A stretch of 64,000 nt of DNA, from contig NW_027271602.1 of assembly GCF_040938485.1 (NCBI RefSeq), positions 1 through 64,000 of the forward strand, given 5' to 3'. The translations under genes and the position numbers were made by a program. Position 1 is the first letter of the stretch; each line of letters starts with the position of its first letter. Shown here piece after piece: positions 61,608 to 64,000 of the stretch. Source of the stretch: Diadema antillarum. Taxonomy: Eukaryota. Under the pieces are notes generated by a model. That model made no database searches. It was not told where the DNA came from and saw only the letters and a list, made by a program, of their open reading frames with translations.

Positions 61608-62048
61608 GTTGGTACAAAAGGTTTGTACAAACTAACTTTAATTACCTGGTACTATTTTAATACACCTAGATCCAACAACTGTTTTGAACCTGCAAATGAA
61701 AGTTAATGTTGATATTTAGTACACAAAACATCAATAAATTGAATAGATAACTCTGTGTTCTCAAACGATGCTGTTCTTATTCTTGCTGTAATTTACCTTA
61801 TAACATTTTTTTTTAAAACCCAAAGCTGTGGTAGTGGTTAATAAGATTATGGTTGTCTTGATCATTACTTTTAGGGTTACAAGTTACATAGTTTGTACAT
61901 TGCAGCCACATATAGGCCTACTATATGATTGTATGTGGAATTATACAGACCCCCAAATCCCTTGCATGTGGCTGGATTGAAAGACATCATAGGCCCGATA
62001 TGAGGTTGTATACACAACATATAAATAAATAGGGCCTACTTTGTAGAT

Positions 62049-62815
62049 GGGTAATTCCATGAAGTTGGGGCAGTGTCCATGTATGTAGCATCGTGATATT
62101 GACAAAATACATGTCAGCATAACTCGATATCAATTATGCTATACATTTATTGTTTGTAGGCTTTACATTTGCATTGAGGCCACACATTTTCCTGGAAATT
62201 TTGTGCCATTCAGACTCAATTTTAATGAAGTTATTAAACAATATGTAACACTGTGTCCTGGAGCATCGTGACGTGTCCACGTAGCATCGTGATATTTTAA
62301 AATTTGGTCCAAAGAGACAAATTATGGCAATGAGCTTGACCAAAATTTGATGCAATATGCATATTTACAAGGTATGAATAAGATAGCTAAATATCTCAAA
62401 TTTCCTGTACACAGTTTCAATTTTAAAAGAAAATTACAAAATGTATCACGATGCTATGCGGTGTCCTTTTTTGTGTAAAACTGTGGAAAGGAGAGTTAAG
62501 ATATTTAGCTATCTGACTAATCTAGTAATTATGCATATTATATCAAATTTTGGTCAAGCTAATTGCCTTAATTTGTCTTTTAGGACCAAATGTTTACTAT
62601 CACGATGCTACATGGACACGTCACGATGCTACAGGACACCATTACATATCGTTTTAATAATTTCATCAAAATTGAGTCGGAATGGCACAAAATTTCCAGG
62701 AAAATGTATGGTCTCAATACAACTGCAAAGCCTATAAACAATACATGTATAGCATAATTAGTATTGAGTTATGCTAAAATGTCACACTTCGTGCCCCAAC
62801 TTCACAGAATTACCC
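62049..62815. mobile_element. Long-TIR non-autonomous element with 4 bp TSD (Sola2-like)
   Basis: AGAT|GGGTAATTC..GAAGTTGGGGCA ... TGCCCCAACTTC..GAATTACCC|AGAT; ~300 bp inverted arms with GTAGCATCGTGA repeats. Confidence 0.7.
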
Positions 62816-63136
62816 AGATGCACAATGAGAGGCTGAGGTCATCCCGACGTCATGTGCAGTGTCAACTCATCAAAAATTTGGCTAGGGTCTCTGTAGGTCT
62901 TATTTTCCTTTTTGCTATTTAAGTTCTACAGTAGACAGTCTATTTCTAACATATTTCATGGAGTTTTCTCTGTTGCATGTATGTGAGCACTACAAGATAA
63001 AGCTACCTGGTAGACTCTACACTGAAATACATGGGATAGCAAGTTCTGTGACTAAATTTACAGATTGGTGAAGAACTAACGGGACTATCCTAATTGTAAG
63101 TCCGTGTTAATGCCTTTCATTGTGTCTGATATACAG

Positions 63137-64000
63137 ATGAACTCCAGTCCAGATGCCCCTGTGAAATGGAAAAAGGACAAGTTCATGAATGCCGTTGCCT
63201 TCTCCAATTAGTTGTGGAGGAAAATGCTACTCTGAGGAAAGGACTTGGGTCAAATTGAAGTGGATCAAAACCTGGTGAGAGTGCTGACAGATATTGATTT
63301 TATCAGAGCCTGGGCAGATGTAAGGAGATAACAGGTTACTGTAAAAGTGGATATTTTAGCGCGACTAATTTTTTGCGGTCGGCGGGGTAAGAAGAGCTTC
63401 GCATGTTTATAGTTCCGCGGAATCAAGACATCAACTACTTGAACAAATGGCGAGCAAAAATATTTGCATGCTTTTATTTTCGCGCTAGTTTCGGCTTACG
63501 CGAAATGCGTGAAAATTTCAACCAACACCGCAAGAAATTTCCACTTTTACAGTAGATGATGAAGACGTCCCTTTGGCATGCATATTAGGGAATTTTTATG
63601 TAATTATCATAAATAAAATGAGCTATTTTCATTGGACTTTCAGCATATAACATAATTGCTTTCATCAGTACTAAACTTGTCATTGCTTGAATGATAGTCT
63701 TTAAAGAGAATATTTACTATGTGTATTACTGAATAGTTAATTGAGTCTATATGAGTAGTAAAATAATTTTTCATTGTAAATGTGTAGTAGTTACTTTATT
63801 ACCAACATTCAGTCATTAGATGAGAGATCAATAGAATGTGCTTGTTGGCCTCTATTGCAGTGGAACAGCTAGCATCACATCCAAGTGCCATCACAGATAT
63901 CCAGGTTGTTGAAGCCAGTGACACCCCCTCTCGACAAATAAGACTGCCTCTTCTAGGCTATGCAGCTCGGTGAGACCTGTGACATCCATCTCGCCAGTGG
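63137..64000 (+). pseudogene. Candidate decayed exons (63137-63274 and 63861 to window end) of an unknown gene
   Basis: Phase-1 compatible AG/GT sites; exon 1 reads DELQSRCPCEMEKGQVHECRCLLQLVVEENATLRKGLGSN*SGSKP with one TGA; exon 2 is paralogous to 61233 onward. Confidence 0.35.
63337..63554. mobile_element. TA-flanked MITE family B, inverted relative to 18924-19120
   Basis: TACTGTAAAAGTGG...CCACTTTTACAGTA. Confidence 0.8.

Overview
Eukaryotic genomic DNA, AT-rich and intron-rich. The repeat content suggests an invertebrate deuterostome such as an echinoderm (inference). The main gene is a + strand Akt/PKB kinase. Eleven coding exons between 19296 and 43609 splice into an intact frame covering PH domain, linker, kinase domain and AGC C-tail. 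The first coding exon (Met..GWLxKRG) is not recognisable in the window. One intron uses a GC donor (39756-40458), and one intron present in human AKT1 is absent. A duplicated three-block regulatory-like module (ARE-like plus FOX:ETS) lies upstream, and a long 3' UTR probably runs to about 49020. Introns and the downstream 15 kb hold many non-autonomous DNA transposons (Harbinger, Kolobok-like, Tc1/mariner-like, Sola2-like, Helentron/DINE-like), a tRNA-derived SINE and LINE tails. The most striking structure is a 6.8 kb Mutator-like element (50540-57307) with ~630 bp terminal inverted repeats, an exact 9 bp target-site duplication, no visible transposase and candidate spliced cargo. A decayed, repeat-containing gene candidate lies at the right edge. 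Almost all ORFs in the supplied track are artefacts. No rRNA, tRNA or CRISPR features were found.
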